Positions 27,545 to 37,075 of a stretch of DNA of 64,000 nt are shown here, one piece after another; the first letter of the stretch is position 1, and each line of letters starts with the position of its first letter. Origin of the DNA: an uncultured delta proteobacterium (GTDB lineage: Bacteria > Desulfobacterota > Binatia > HRBIN30 > BPIQ01). Made by a program: the position numbers and the translations under genes. Below the pieces are notes generated by a model, which made no database searches, was not told the DNA's origin, and was given only the letters and a program-made list of their open reading frames with translations. The stretch lies in assembly GCA_963761335.1 (NCBI GenBank), contig CAVXGR010000013.1, positions 96,001-160,000 of the forward strand, in the 5' to 3' direction.

Positions 27545-29227
27545 TCAACCTCGGCTGGCGCGCAGCACGGCGCCGGGCAGCGGCCCTTCCGGATCGACGG
27601 TATCGGTGCCGTCCTCGCGGATCGGCCTGCCGTTGACGATGACGGCGCGGACGCCGCGGGCGTCGGCGACCAGCCTGTCGGCCCCGGCCGGAAAATCGCG
27701 GACGCGCCGCAGCGGCGAGCAGCCGACGGTGGCGGCGTCGAAGATGGTGACGTCGGCGGCGGCACCCACCGCCAGGCGACCCCGGTCGCGCAGGCCGAAG
27801 AGGTCGGCCGAGCGCGAGGTGAGCAGGCGCACCGCCTCCTCGAGCGACAGCACGCCTTTGTCCCGCACCCAGTGCGAGAGAAGATGCGTCGGCGCGCAGG
27901 CGTCGCACAGCTGGCTGGCGTGAGCCCCGGCGTCGGAGAGCCCGAGCATCACCGCCGGGTGGCGGAGCAGCTCGGCGACGGCGTCCTCGTCGGTGTTCAT
28001 GATCGCCATGCGGAAGCGCGCCTCCAGATCGGAGGCGACGGCGAGATCCAGGACCAGGTCGATGGGGTGCACGCCGCGCTCCGTCGCCACCGCCGCGACA
28101 TTGCGCTCGGCCAGCCCCGGCTCGCTCGGCGCCTCGGCGATCACCGTCTGCTCCCAGCTGGCCACGAAGAAGGCCTCGTCCATCCGCTGGCGAAAGGCGC
28201 GGCGAAACTCCGGATCGGCGTAGATGCGCTTCTTGGCCTCGAAGTCCGCGGCGGAAATCTGCTTGAAGAGGCTCATGCTCTCGAAGGGGAAGGGCGCCTT
28301 GAACTGGAACTCGAACATCAGCGGCCGGCAGGAGACCTGGGGCACGACCTGGACGCCTTCGTCCTGAAGGCTCTGTGAGCGCTCGAGCAAGTAGCGATGC
28401 GCATCGGGACCGAGCATGCCGGCAAGCAGCGCCGTCCAGCTGACCGGCCTGCCAGTGTCGCGATAGATCTCGGCGAACTCGTCGAGGAAGAAGCCGCTGC
28501 CGACGGTGGCCTGCATGAGGCCGCAGCCGACCTCGCCGAGAGAGCCGGCGAGAGCGCGGATCTCGTCCAGCGAGGCGGCGCGGCTGGGGACCGGCCGGCC
28601 GGCCCAGCCGACGTGGGTGGGCGACTTCGAGGTGGCGAAGCCAATGGCACCGGCCCGCAAGGCGTCGGCGACGATGGCGCGCATCTGGGCGATCTCCTCG
28701 GCGCTCGCCTGGCGCTCCGTCGACTCCTCCCCCATCACGTACATGCGCACCGGCGTGTGGCCGACCATGGCGCCGACATTGATCGCCGTACCGCGCCGCT
28801 CGATGGCGGCGAGATACTGCGGAAAGCTCTCGAACGGCCAGTCGGTGCCGACTCCGGCCGCCAGCGCCTCAAACGACATTCCCTCCACGTTCTCCAGAGT
28901 GCGCATGATCAGCTCGCGATGCTGCGGGCGCGTCGGCGCGATGCCGAAGCCGCAGTTGCCCATGACCACGGAGGTGACGCCATGCCACGGCGAGATGGTC
29001 AGCATGCGATCCCAGAACACCTGCGCATCGTAGTGGGTATGGATGTCGACGAACCCGGGCGCCACCGCCATGCCGTCGGCCTCGATGGTGCGCGCGCCGT
29101 TGCCGCGCACCTCGCCGAGGGCGGCGATGCGGCCGCCGCGGATCCCCAGGTCGCCGCGCCGCGCCGGAGCGCCGCTGCCGTCGACCAGAGTGCCGCCGCG
29201 GATCAGAAGATCGAACTGCTCTGCCAT
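27545..29227 (-). CDS. N-acyl-D-amino-acid deacylase-like amidohydrolase
   Basis: Motifs PGFVDIHTHYD, MGNCG and SDAGAH. Start placed at MAEQFD. Confidence 0.9.
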   Translation of the reverse strand: MAEQFDLLIRGGTLVDGSGAPARRGDLGIRGGRIAALGEVRGNGARTIEADGMAVAPGFVDIHTHYDAQVFWDRMLTISPWHGVTSVVMGNCGFGIAPTRPQHRELIMRTLENVEGMSFEALAAGVGTDWPFESFPQYLAAIERRGTAINVGAMVGHTPVRMYVMGEESTERQASAEEIAQMRAIVADALRAGAIGFATSKSPTHVGWAGRPVPSRAASLDEIRALAGSLGEVGCGLMQATVGSGFFLDEFAEIYRDTGRPVSWTALLAGMLGPDAHRYLLERSQSLQDEGVQVVPQVSCRPLMFEFQFKAPFPFESMSLFKQISAADFEAKKRIYADPEFRRAFRQRMDEAFFVASWEQTVIAEAPSEPGLAERNVAAVATERGVHPIDLVLDLAVASDLEARFRMAIMNTDEDAVAELLRHPAVMLGLSDAGAHASQLCDACAPTHLLSHWVRDKGVLSLEEAVRLLTSRSADLFGLRDRGRLAVGAAADVTIFDAATVGCSPLRRVRDFPAGADRLVADARGVRAVIVNGRPIREDGTDTVDPEGPLPGAVLRASRG

Positions 29228-29318
29228 GGCCGATCTTTCGCACGCTGCCCGGAAAAATGCGAGCCGCCCCAAGCGCGGGTTTGACCATGGTGAGGCGCTG
29301 TTGGTAACTGGCGAGCGC

Positions 29319-30455
29319 ATGGGCGCGATTGCCATTGCCGGCGTCGGCGAGACCCGCTACGGGCGGCGGCTCGGCCGCGATCTCGGCAGCCTGGCGCTGG
29401 AGGCGGCCGAAGCAGCCGCCGCGGACGCGGGCCTCGACCCCGGCGACATCGACGGCATCATCGCTCCCTGGGCGGAGTACGCGGCGCGCCATGAGCTGGC
29501 GCGCAATCTCGGCATCGACGGCGCCTTCTTCTCGGCATCCTCGATGTCCGGCGGCGCCGGCATCGTCAGCGCCCCGTTGCTGGCGCGACTGGCGATCGAC
29601 GCCGGACTGGCGACCACGGTGCTCTGCGTGCACGCCATCGCCTGGGGCTCGGAGCGCCGGGGGAACGTCGGCCTGCCGCATGCGGCCATGCGCATGAAGG
29701 CGATGTTCGAGATTCCCTTTGGCTGGTACCCGCAGATCGTGCAGTTCGCCGGCATGGCGCGGCGGCACATGGAGCTCTACGGCACCACCCAGGAGCAGCT
29801 CGGCGCCGTTGCTCTCGCCTGCCGGCGGCACGCCGCGCTGACCGAGAACGCCATCCTGCGCACGCCCTTGTCGCCGGCCGAGTACCTGCAGGCGCCACTG
29901 CTCGCCGACCCGTTTCGCGCCGCCGACTGCTGCCTGGTCAACGACGGTGCCGCCGCCTTCGTGATGACCAGTCTGGAGCGTTCCCGCGACCTGTCGCGTC
30001 CGCCGGTCCGCGTGCTCGGCGCCGCCCAAGGCGTGGTTCCCGGCGGCGAGTACTCCACCCTGCGACCGCAGTATCTCTGCACCGCCGCCATTCACTCGGG
30101 ACCGCGCGCCTTCGGCGAGGCCGGGGTCGCTCCGAACGACATGGACTTCGCGCAGATCTACGACAACTTCACCTCCATGGTGCTCGAGCAGCTCGAAGAC
30201 CTGGGCTTTTGCCCCAAGGGCGAGAGTGGCCCCTTCGTCGAGGGCGGCCGCTGCGAGATCGGCGGCGTCCTGCCGATCAACACCTCGGGGGGACAGCTGG
30301 CGCAGGGTTTCCTGCTCTCGGCGAACCTGGTCGTCGAGGCGGTGCGCCAGCTGCGCGGCGAGTGCGGCGACCGCCAGGTGAACGCCGCCCGTCTGGGCCT
30401 GGTCACCGGCTATACCGGAGCGGAGCACGCCACGGTGATCCTGGGGAGGGACTGA
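29319..30455 (+). CDS. Thiolase-like (SCP-x/lipid-transfer type) protein
   Basis: Motifs AIAGVGET, DCCLVNDGAAA, IYDNF, NTSGGQL and EAVRQLRG. Confidence 0.88.
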   Translation: MGAIAIAGVGETRYGRRLGRDLGSLALEAAEAAAADAGLDPGDIDGIIAPWAEYAARHELARNLGIDGAFFSASSMSGGAGIVSAPLLARLAIDAGLATTVLCVHAIAWGSERRGNVGLPHAAMRMKAMFEIPFGWYPQIVQFAGMARRHMELYGTTQEQLGAVALACRRHAALTENAILRTPLSPAEYLQAPLLADPFRAADCCLVNDGAAAFVMTSLERSRDLSRPPVRVLGAAQGVVPGGEYSTLRPQYLCTAAIHSGPRAFGEAGVAPNDMDFAQIYDNFTSMVLEQLEDLGFCPKGESGPFVEGGRCEIGGVLPINTSGGQLAQGFLLSANLVVEAVRQLRGECGDRQVNAARLGLVTGYTGAEHATVILGRD

Positions 30456-30458
30456 CGC

Positions 30459-30881
30459 ATGGATACTTCCGGCCTGCATATTCCCGACGTGGAGTGGGAG
30501 CCGACGCGACCATTCTGGGAAGGATGCCGGCAGCGGCAGCTGCGTCTGCCGCGCTGCGCCTGTGGCGAGTACGTCTGGTATCCGCAGCCGCGCTGCCCGA
30601 GATGCCGCGGCGATCGCATCGACTGGGTCGCGATGAGCGGGCGGGCGACAGTCTTCACGTGGACCACGGTCTACCGCAGCTTCGTGCCCGGACACGCGGA
30701 TCGCGTTCCCTACGTCGCCGGGATCGTCGAGCTGGCCGAGGACCCGAAGCTGCGTCTGGCCACCTTTCTTCCCGACGTATCGGCCGACTCCTTGCAGGTG
30801 GGCATGCCCCTGCGCGTCGACTTCGAGACGATTCGCGAAGGCATCGTGCTGCCGGTCTTCCGACCGCTGGCTGAGCGCTGA
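30459..30881 (+). CDS. Zn-ribbon/OB-fold (DUF35) protein
   Basis: PFWEG...RCACG...CPRC and VPYVAGIVEL; sits next to the thiolase. Confidence 0.9.
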   Translation: MDTSGLHIPDVEWEPTRPFWEGCRQRQLRLPRCACGEYVWYPQPRCPRCRGDRIDWVAMSGRATVFTWTTVYRSFVPGHADRVPYVAGIVELAEDPKLRLATFLPDVSADSLQVGMPLRVDFETIREGIVLPVFRPLAER

Positions 30882-30887
30882 AGAGCG

Positions 30888-31562
30888 ATGCTCTACCTCC
30901 ACGAGATCATCGACATCATCGGCGACGGGCAGCAGTCCTATCTCGACACGGTGGCGGCGCGGGCGCGGCACTCCGAGGCCCAGGGCATCTCCCGCATGAT
31001 GGGGACATGGAAGGTCATCGGCAGCACCGCCCGCTGGCCGCAGGTGGTGAATCTCTGGGAGATGGACAGCTGGGACCACTGGGCGGGCAGCCTCGAGCGC
31101 CAGTTCCTTCCCGAGAGGAAAGACCCGGATCTGGCACCTTGGTGGTCGGCAGCAACCAAGTGGCGCAGCGGCGGCTTCGATCGCATTCTCGAGCCGGCAG
31201 CGTATTCGCCGACGCGCGATCAGCTGCGCCAGCGCCAGCTCCACGCCTGGGTCTGCGAGCACACCCTGGTGCGCCTGGCGGCCGGTGAGCCGGAGGAGTA
31301 TCTGCGCCGGGTCGGCGATCATCTCCGGCCGCTGCTCGAGAGCCGCGGCCTCATCCTCATGGGCGCCTACTCGGTTCCCATGCGGCTCGGCGAGGCGTTG
31401 CTCATCTGGGCCGCACCGAGCTTCCGAGCCCTCTGCTCACTCCACGAAAAGCGACGAGATGACAAGGGGTTAGCCGAATGGCAGGAGTCGTCTAGGGCAA
31501 CTGTCAGGAAGAGCGAGACGATGTGGCTGGTGCCCTCGGAGGCGTGCTTCTTCCATCCTTGA
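30888..31562 (+). CDS. Hypothetical protein (NIPSNAP-like tandem domains)
   Basis: LYLHEII...STARWPQVVNLWE pattern; operonic with the thiolase. Confidence 0.6.
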   Translation: MLYLHEIIDIIGDGQQSYLDTVAARARHSEAQGISRMMGTWKVIGSTARWPQVVNLWEMDSWDHWAGSLERQFLPERKDPDLAPWWSAATKWRSGGFDRILEPAAYSPTRDQLRQRQLHAWVCEHTLVRLAAGEPEEYLRRVGDHLRPLLESRGLILMGAYSVPMRLGEALLIWAAPSFRALCSLHEKRRDDKGLAEWQESSRATVRKSETMWLVPSEACFFHP

Positions 31563-31571
31563 GCGGGCGCA

Positions 31572-31647
31572 GGGGACAGGCTTCTTTTCGGCGCCAACGC
31601 CGTTCAAGGAAGCACCGAGCAGCTCGCCGAAAAGATGCCTGTCCCCG
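31572..31647. repeat. GGGGACAGG...CCTGTCCCC REP doublet
   Basis: GGGGACAGGCTTCTTTTCGGCG/CGCCGAAAAGATGCCTGTCCCC; further copies at 9305-9376 and 35706-35783. Confidence 0.8.
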
Positions 31648-31889
31648 ATGAGCGGAACGAGGCGGAGGGGGCCGGTGGGCAGCCCGGAGGGGGAGGGGGG
31701 CTGCCCACCGCAGGAGAAAGAAGGGAAACAAGCAGCTGAAGACAAGGGGCCTATTCGTCAGCTACACGGGTAATGACGAGGGCGGTGGAACTTCATTCAA
31801 CGGTCCCAAAAAACTTCCATTCGCTTTTCGCCGTCGGGCTGGGTAGAAGATTCCGACAAGTCCAAAAAGTCTTGCCCTCCAGGGGTCCC

Positions 31890-33023
31890 ATGCCACTCAA
31901 TTCCGTCCGCCACGCCTGGCAGAAGCTGCCCGCGCGGGTCCGTTCGACAGCGACCACGGTCATCAAGGTGGTCATCACCGTGGCCGCTTTCTACCTCCTG
32001 CTGACGCACGAGGTGAAGGTCGAGTCCGGCCAGCACGTGATGGCCTTCCGGGCCATTCTCAACTACCTGCCGCAGATCAACGCCCGCATATTCTGGACCT
32101 TCGTCGCTATCGCCACCCTCCTCAAGGTGATCGGCATCGTCGCCTCGATGTACCGCTGGCATCTCCTGCTGATCGGCCAGGGAGTCCGCTTTCCCTTCCG
32201 CCACCTTGCCGGATCCTTCATGGTGGGCCGCTTCATCGGCACCTTCCTGCCGTCGACGATTGGGCTCGACGGCTACAAGCTGTACGATGCCGCCCGTTTC
32301 AGCGGCCGTACCGCCGGCGCCAGTGCCGCCACGGTCGTCGAGAAGATCCTCGGGCTCGCCGGCATCTTTCTCACTTTCCTGATCACCTTCCCGCTCGGCT
32401 ATCAGATCCTCGGCGGCCACGCCGGCTGGGTTGCGCTGCTGACGATTCCGATGGCGCTGGCAATCGTCGGAGTGGTGATGGCGCTGATCCTGCGCCCGAG
32501 CATCCTCACCTGGATAACCCTGCGGCTGCCCTTCGCGCGCCATCCGCGCCTCGAGGGCCCTGTGCAGAAAATCACCCGCGCCGCCTCCGCGTACGGCGGC
32601 CAGGCTCGCCTCATCCTCGTCGCCGCGGCTCTCAGCTTCATCGTGCACTTCTGCACCGCGTCCCTCTACTACTTCACCGCTCTGGCGATCGGGGTGATGC
32701 ACGCCAACTTCTGGGAGGTCACCTTTGCCTCGACCATTCAGGTGTTTGCCACCGTAATCAGCCCCTTCACCATCGCCGGCGAGGGGGTGCGCGAGATCGT
32801 GCAGACGCTTTTGCTGGCACACCGCATCGGCACGTCGCAGTCGATCATCTCTGCGGCGCTGGGCTTCTGGGCCGCGGAAGCGCCGACGCTGGTGGGCGGC
32901 TTCATCTATCTGCTGCGGCCCTCCGATTATCGGCCGGCGTTCGTCGAAGTGACCGAGGTCGGCCACGACGACGATACGGAGGCGGAGGTCACTGTCATCG
33001 AGAAACGGCGCGCCGCGCAGTGA
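31890..33023 (+). CDS. Lysylphosphatidylglycerol synthase TM-domain (flippase-like) protein
   Basis: RWHLLL, FLPSTIGLDGYK, VVEKILG and PFTIAGEGVRE; multi-TM. Confidence 0.82.
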   Translation: MPLNSVRHAWQKLPARVRSTATTVIKVVITVAAFYLLLTHEVKVESGQHVMAFRAILNYLPQINARIFWTFVAIATLLKVIGIVASMYRWHLLLIGQGVRFPFRHLAGSFMVGRFIGTFLPSTIGLDGYKLYDAARFSGRTAGASAATVVEKILGLAGIFLTFLITFPLGYQILGGHAGWVALLTIPMALAIVGVVMALILRPSILTWITLRLPFARHPRLEGPVQKITRAASAYGGQARLILVAAALSFIVHFCTASLYYFTALAIGVMHANFWEVTFASTIQVFATVISPFTIAGEGVREIVQTLLLAHRIGTSQSIISAALGFWAAEAPTLVGGFIYLLRPSDYRPAFVEVTEVGHDDDTEAEVTVIEKRRAAQ

Positions 33024-33715
33024 CGGCTCGGCGGGAGCCGTTGCGCATGGAGCTCGGGGAAACGGCGGGCGAGGCCGCTCCGCCCGCGGAGCAGACGACG
33101 GCGATGCGCCGGCTGGTGCTGGTGCGTCACGGGGAGACGGTGGGACAGTCGAGCATCCGCTACTACGGGCGCACCGACGTGGCCCTCAGCGATCTGGGCC
33201 GGCGCCAGATGGAACGCGTCGGCGCCGCGCTCGCCGGAGAAGCCTTCGACGCCGTTTACACCAGCCCGCTGCAACGCGCCCTGGCCAGCGCCCGTCTGGT
33301 CGCCCCCGGGATCGAGCCACAGGCGATCGCCGGCTTCGCCGAGGTGAACTTCGGGCGCTGGGAGGGACTCACGCGAGAGGAGATCGAGGCTCTCGAGCCC
33401 GATCTCTATCGGCGCTGGCGCGTCGCCGACGTCGACTTCATCTATCCCGATGGCGACGCCGTCGCCGGCTTCCGCGCCCGGGTGATCAACGCCTTCCGCA
33501 CCCTCCTGCCGTCCGCCCCGGAGCACTTGCTCATCGTCGTCCATACCGGCGTCATCCGCACCATCCTGAGCGAGCTCCTGCGGCTGCCGAATCCCGACGG
33601 CGCGGCTTGGCGGATCGATCTGGCCTCCATCCACGTGGTCGCCGCCGCCAGTGACCGGCGCGGCTGGCGCCTCGAGATCATGAACGACACGCGCCACCTG
33701 GAAGGGATCTCATGA
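33020..33715 (+). CDS. Histidine phosphatase family protein
   Basis: Motifs LVRHGET, SPLQRA, EVNFGRWEG and VVHTGVIR. The true start may be downstream. Confidence 0.9.
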   Translation: MTARREPLRMELGETAGEAAPPAEQTTAMRRLVLVRHGETVGQSSIRYYGRTDVALSDLGRRQMERVGAALAGEAFDAVYTSPLQRALASARLVAPGIEPQAIAGFAEVNFGRWEGLTREEIEALEPDLYRRWRVADVDFIYPDGDAVAGFRARVINAFRTLLPSAPEHLLIVVHTGVIRTILSELLRLPNPDGAAWRIDLASIHVVAAASDRRGWRLEIMNDTRHLEGIS

Positions 33716-35703
33716 AGCGGCAGAGACTCGCCGGCTTCGCGGCCTTCAACCTGCCGTTCGGACGCGCCATCGACGAGCTCGAGCTGTCGCCGATCAAGGC
33801 GGTCGAGCTGCGCGCCAGCCGGCTCTCCGACGTCGTCTCCCTGGCGCAGGGGATCCCCAGCTTCGACACCCCGGCGCCCATCAAGCGCTACGTGATGCAC
33901 AAGATCGCCGAGGGCGCCTGCGCCAAGTACTCGCTGACGCCCGGGCTGCCACAGCTGCGCGAGCTGATCAGCGAGAAGCTGCACGCCGAAGGCATGAGAT
34001 ACGACCCGGACGGCGAGATCATCGTGACCTGCGGCAGCATCGAGGCGATCAGCGCCACACTGCTGGCCTCTGTGGGGCCCGGCGACGAGGTCCTGGTCGC
34101 CTCTCCCACCTACGCCTCATACATTCCGGCAATTCGTCTCACCGGCGCCACCCCGCGCTTCGTGCCTCTCAACGAGGACGCCAACTTCGACCTCGACCCG
34201 GACGCCATCGGCGATGCCATTACCCGCCGCACGCGTGCCATTCTGCTGAGCAATCCCAACAACCCGACGGGCACCATCTACTCGGCCGTGGAGACGGAGA
34301 GGATGATGGCGCTGGCCGCCCGACACGATCTGTTGGTGATCACCGACGAGGTCTACAAGGACTTCATCTATACCAACGAGCCTCCCGGCAACCCGGCGAC
34401 CATGCCGCAGCACCGCGATCGCGTGGTGCGCGTGTGCTCGTTCTCCAAGGCCTACGGCATGACCGGATGGCGCGTCGGGTTCCTGCACACGGCGCGCGAG
34501 CGCGCCGACGCGATCCTCAAGGTGCACGACGCCCTGGTGACCTGCGCGCCTGTGGTCTCGCAGTACGCCGCCATTGCCGCTCTCGAGTTCGGCGACCCGT
34601 ACATCCAGGAGTTCCGCAAGGAGTTCCGCCGGCGGCGCGAGCGCATCATCCAGCGGCTCGACGCCCTGCCCCAGGTGTTCGACTACCAGAAGCCGAACGC
34701 CTCCTACTTCGCCTTCCCGCGCATCAAGGACACCGTCGCCATGGCGCGCGACTCGCGGGCACTGGCCGACGACATCCTCGAGCGCGCCCGCGTTGCCCTG
34801 GTCCCGGGGGTTGCCTTCGGACCCACCGGCGAGGCGCACCTGCGCTTCTGCTACGCCCGCGACATCGAGGACATCGACCGCGCCTTCGACCGGCTCACCG
34901 ACTACTTCGCCGGACGGGCACCGCGCACCTACTCGCTGCCGGCGCCGCCGGCGCCGCCGCAGCGGCGCTCGCGCCTGCGCGCCCTCGGCGTCGACGTGCT
35001 GCACGTGCTGGCGCGCCTCTATCTGCTACGCCGGCGGCCGCGGGTGATCGCCATCGCCGGCGGCCACGGCAAGACGGTTCTCAAGCGCACGCTCACCGAG
35101 CTCCTCGGCCGCCGCCTGCGCGTCCGCTCCAACCCGCTCTCGTACAACACCGAGGTGGGGCTCGCCTTCTCGATTCTCGATACCTCGTTCCGCTCGCGCC
35201 GGCCGCTGTCGATCGCCGCGGGGCTGGCGCGCGGGCTGAAACATGCGCTGCTTCCCGACCCGATCGATGCGCTGATCCTGGAGCTGGGCGTGCGCAAGCC
35301 GAAGGACATGCGCCGCCTGCTCGACGTGGTGCGTCCCGACATCGCGGTAATCACCCGCCTGGCCCCGAGCTACTCGGAGGACCAGGCGACCCTGGCGGTG
35401 ATGCGCGCCGAGATGAAGGAGCTGATCGACGCCATCGAGGCGCGGGGTGGCACGCTCGCCTTCTGCAGCGACGACCCATCGCTCGCCGAGCTGGCGCCGC
35501 GCGGCGGCGGGGCACACGCCTTCGCCAAGTCGAGCCTCGTCGAGCGCGACGGCCGCGCGCTGCTGTGCGTGGACGGCCGCGAGTATCCCGTGGGGCAGGA
35601 GATCGTCGGCGAGAGCAGCCTGTATGCGCTGGCGGCGAGCGTGATCGTCGCCCGCGCCATCGGCCTCGACGAGGAGACCATCCGCGGCTTTCTCGCCGCC
35701 TGA
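33712..35703 (+). CDS. Class I/II PLP aminotransferase fused to a MurF-like ATP-binding domain
   Basis: NPNNPTG, TDEVY and SFSKAYGMTGWRVG, then VIAIAGGHGKT...SYNTEVG...LELG...PDIAVIT. Confidence 0.85.
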   Translation: MKRQRLAGFAAFNLPFGRAIDELELSPIKAVELRASRLSDVVSLAQGIPSFDTPAPIKRYVMHKIAEGACAKYSLTPGLPQLRELISEKLHAEGMRYDPDGEIIVTCGSIEAISATLLASVGPGDEVLVASPTYASYIPAIRLTGATPRFVPLNEDANFDLDPDAIGDAITRRTRAILLSNPNNPTGTIYSAVETERMMALAARHDLLVITDEVYKDFIYTNEPPGNPATMPQHRDRVVRVCSFSKAYGMTGWRVGFLHTARERADAILKVHDALVTCAPVVSQYAAIAALEFGDPYIQEFRKEFRRRRERIIQRLDALPQVFDYQKPNASYFAFPRIKDTVAMARDSRALADDILERARVALVPGVAFGPTGEAHLRFCYARDIEDIDRAFDRLTDYFAGRAPRTYSLPAPPAPPQRRSRLRALGVDVLHVLARLYLLRRRPRVIAIAGGHGKTVLKRTLTELLGRRLRVRSNPLSYNTEVGLAFSILDTSFRSRRPLSIAAGLARGLKHALLPDPIDALILELGVRKPKDMRRLLDVVRPDIAVITRLAPSYSEDQATLAVMRAEMKELIDAIEARGGTLAFCSDDPSLAELAPRGGGAHAFAKSSLVERDGRALLCVDGREYPVGQEIVGESSLYALAASVIVARAIGLDEETIRGFLAA

Positions 35704-35828
35704 GCGGGGACAGGCTCCTTTTCGGCGCCGGCGGGCTACATTCAAAAGACCGCCTGTCGACGCCGAAAAGGCACCTGTCCCCAACTCCGCTTGCGTAGCC
35801 GGGGCGATCCGGGCAAATCGCCTGCGGC

Positions 35829-36575
35829 ATGCACCTTTCCGTCTACAACTGCCTTCTGCTGCTCGGTGGCGGACTGCTGGCGGGCACCGTCAACACCCTC
35901 GCCGGTGGTGGATCGGTGCTCTCGGTGCCGCTGCTGGTGCTCGTCGGCCTGCCGGGGAACGTTGCCAACGGCACCAATCGACTGGGCATCTTCGTCCAGA
36001 ACGCCGTCGCCGCGGTGCGTTTCCGCGCCGAGGGCTTCTCGGGGTTCCGCTCCTCGCTTCCGGTCCTGCTGCCGATCGCCATCGGTTCGGCAGCCGGCGC
36101 CCTCGCCATCTCGCAGGTCGCCGACAAGACATTCGAGAAGCTGTTCGGTGTCGTCATGGTGCTGCTGCTCGTGCCGATGCTGCGCCGGCCGGCGCGCCCC
36201 ACCGCCGGCAGCTCGCGCCGTCACTCCCCGCGAACCACCTTTCTGATCTTCCTCGGCATTGGGCTCTACGGCGGCGCCTTTCAGGCCGGCGTCGGCATCG
36301 CCCTGATCCTGGCGCTGGCCTACAGCGGCTTCGATCTGGTGCGCGCCAACAGCATCAAGGTCGTGGTCAACGCGGCGCTCACCGCCGTCGCCGTGCCGGT
36401 GTTCGCCTTCAATCACCAGATCGAATGGATTCCCGGGCTCCTGCTCGCGGCGGGCTACTCCGCCGGAGCCACGCTCGGCGTGCGCCTGGCGGTGCGCGGC
36501 GGCGAGAAGGTCATCCGCCCCGTGCTCGCGGCCTCGGTCGTGGCTCTGGCGGGGCACATGCTCGGGCTGTACTGA
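35829..36575 (+). CDS. TauE/SafE (TSUP) family membrane transporter
   Basis: Motifs NTLAGGGS, ANGTN and GLYGGAFQAGVG. Confidence 0.88.
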   Translation: MHLSVYNCLLLLGGGLLAGTVNTLAGGGSVLSVPLLVLVGLPGNVANGTNRLGIFVQNAVAAVRFRAEGFSGFRSSLPVLLPIAIGSAAGALAISQVADKTFEKLFGVVMVLLLVPMLRRPARPTAGSSRRHSPRTTFLIFLGIGLYGGAFQAGVGIALILALAYSGFDLVRANSIKVVVNAALTAVAVPVFAFNHQIEWIPGLLLAAGYSAGATLGVRLAVRGGEKVIRPVLAASVVALAGHMLGLY

Positions 36576-37074
36576 GGGGACAGTGCGTCATGAGCCTGCG
36601 GCTCACCAACAGACGATGAAAATGAGGCTGCGGATCTGCGCCGGCAAGAGACTTGGAGGCTCTCGCCTGGGCGAAGTTCGCCCCGGAGGGGCGGTGGCGT
36701 GTAGCCCCGGGTGAAACCCGGGGAAGAATGCGCGCTCCGTCAGGCGCGCCCCGCCAGGGGCGCGGGCAAGTTTTCGTCGATGTCACGCCTGTGCGCCGAT
36801 GGTCACCGCTGGGTGCGTGGGAAGCTCATCGACTTGATTCACGCGGCCTCTACGCCTGCGCCCCTGCGGGGCGCTGATCTGGGCCAATCGGAACGCGGTC
36901 CCCGGGTTAACACCCGGGGCTACATGCCTGCGCCCCTCCGGGGCGATAAGCCTCCACGCCAAGCGCCGGTGCGCTCCGCCAGACCTTCACCCAACAGATT
37001 TTCGAAGCAGGCAACTTTTGCGGCCGAGATCCTTGCTCTCGCGAGATTTCGAGGCACAAAAGTAGCCTGTCCCC
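36576..37074 (+). mobile_element. REP doublet interrupted by the 427-bp CAG-inserting element (36584-37010)
   Basis: Inverted near-copy of 7270-7695; GGGGACAG-[element ending CAG]-GCAACTTTTGCGGCCGAGATC. Confidence 0.75.
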
Positions 37075-37075
37075 C

